Shown piece after piece: positions 63,191-64,000 of a stretch of DNA of 64,000 nucleotides. Positions within the stretch are counted from its first letter, which is position 1; the number at the start of each line of letters is the position of its first letter. The DNA lies in the IMG/VR virus record IMGVR_UViG_3300043409_000928, positions 62,001 through 126,000 of that record, one strand, 5' to 3'. A program made the position numbers and the translations under genes. The notes under the pieces were generated by a model. It did not search any database, was not told where the DNA came from, and saw only the letters and a list, made by a program, of their open reading frames with translations.

Positions 63191-63219
63191 ATTATAGCAT
63201 TTCTATTGTTGTAGGACAA
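63191..63219 (-). promoter_or_regulatory. sigma70 promoter of gp47, leaderless
   Basis: TTGTCC-17-TATAAT with TGn extension. ATG follows after 5 nt. Confidence 0.75.
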
Positions 63220-63234
63220 TGACATATCTGCCCG

Positions 63235-63918
63235 TCATTGGTTTGATCCATAGTTGTATATACTCATTGTATATGTAGGATCTCTAAAAATTGCATTGGA
63301 GACTCTGATCTCCAATCTTGTCTTACCAGAATAAGCTTTAACTTGTGCAAATTTGGGATCAATAACAGATAGTACTTTCATTGACTTTTTTGTAAAAATA
63401 CAATCAGACTCTGTAAAATTTACTTGATCGCCGCCAACTTTAAAACCGGCCAACGAACAATTGAGTGCATTGTCTCGAAAAATTGTCAGCATGTAGTATT
63501 CTTTGACTGTGGATACTTTTTTGAACCATCCATCAACAAATAAATTCCATAAGGCCTGTTTATCTTTATTACCAAAGTCAACAGTTGATTTTTCTTGCAA
63601 TGCCAATGGTTGATACATGCTTGCTTCTGTGGTGTAGTTGCCAATAATTTGCATACTTTTGACATCACACTTGATGTTGTCACTCAAGCTGACATCAGCA
63701 ATACCTTTGCCGGCGCCACACCAAGTGGCATTGGCAATACTGTCAGCCACAGCGTATTCCCACAGTTCTTTTCCCATACTAAGCGGTCTGCCAATGGCAA
63801 CATTTTTTCTATAAGGTTGCAAGTATAAATCCATTTCAGACTGAAACGTATTAATAAATGCTGTACCTATTAGTTGTTGCAATTCAGTTACAGCCAATGG
63901 GGTTAAGTAATACGCCAT
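63235..63918 (-). CDS. Hypothetical protein, possible PD-(D/E)xK restriction-like nuclease
   Basis: ADV-x7-DVKS motif. Confidence 0.55.
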   Translation of the reverse strand: MAYYLTPLAVTELQQLIGTAFINTFQSEMDLYLQPYRKNVAIGRPLSMGKELWEYAVADSIANATWCGAGKGIADVSLSDNIKCDVKSMQIIGNYTTEASMYQPLALQEKSTVDFGNKDKQALWNLFVDGWFKKVSTVKEYYMLTIFRDNALNCSLAGFKVGGDQVNFTESDCIFTKKSMKVLSVIDPKFAQVKAYSGKTRLEIRVSNAIFRDPTYTMSIYNYGSNQ

Positions 63919-63924
63919 CTACTG

Positions 63925-63999
63925 TTAGATCATTTCTGCTAACGTGATACGACAGCGAGATAGTTCATCTTTGACAAATAACTTTTTCTTCTTAAGAGT
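63925..63999 (-). CDS. C-terminal fragment of a DUF465-like coiled-coil protein
   Basis: Translated by hand: ...TLKKKKLFVKDELSRCRITLAEMI*. The 5' end lies outside the window. Confidence 0.45.
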   Translation of the reverse strand, partial: TLKKKKLFVKDELSRCRITLAEMI

Positions 64000-64000
64000 A

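Noticed and set aside
1-64000. tRNA, tmRNA or rRNA genes and stop-codon reassignment
   Set aside because: No cloverleaf or T-loop GTTCRA context was seen in intergenic gaps. Conserved proteins are full length in code 11 and use TAA, TAG and TGA as stops.

Overview
This is a 64-kb, AT-rich, gene-dense segment of a large T4-superfamily (Tevenvirinae-like or jumbo) myophage genome in the standard genetic code. Most genes are on the minus strand. From left to right the window holds: (1) a replication/recombination block with gp41 helicase, gp61 primase, a miniature DnaE-like protein, a gp62-like subunit, UvsW, RNA ligase, an AAA ATPase, UvsY, UvsX/RecA and gp32; (2) an inverted 1564-aa fibre gene; (3) a packaging and tail block with terminase, gp4, tail tube, sheath and neck genes, and dNMP kinase inserted; (4) fibre and repeat proteins and a holin; (5) the head operon gp20-gp21-gp22-gp23; (6) tape measure and a divergent gp26/gp51-like pair; (7) a 660-bp non-coding gap, GIY-YIG nuclease and gp46/gp47. 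Two promoter classes can be read directly: sigma70 (TTGACA-17-TATAAT type) and a late motif TAA(A/G)TA. The strongest leads are: a multi-helix candidate ncRNA directly behind a stand-alone GIY-YIG domain; a T-TTT-TTC -1 frameshift joining the gp26-like and gp51-like ORFs; a 194-aa DnaE keeping all three catalytic Asp; late-gene RBS-occluding hairpins at both early-to-late junctions; a gene-32-type leader pseudoknot; widespread leaderless genes; and a host-like DUF4214 cassette between duplicated terminators. All family calls come from motif recognition by eye and no database search was run. A proteobacterial host (sigma70, IHF site, DUF4214) is an inference. No tRNA, rRNA or CRISPR array was seen.
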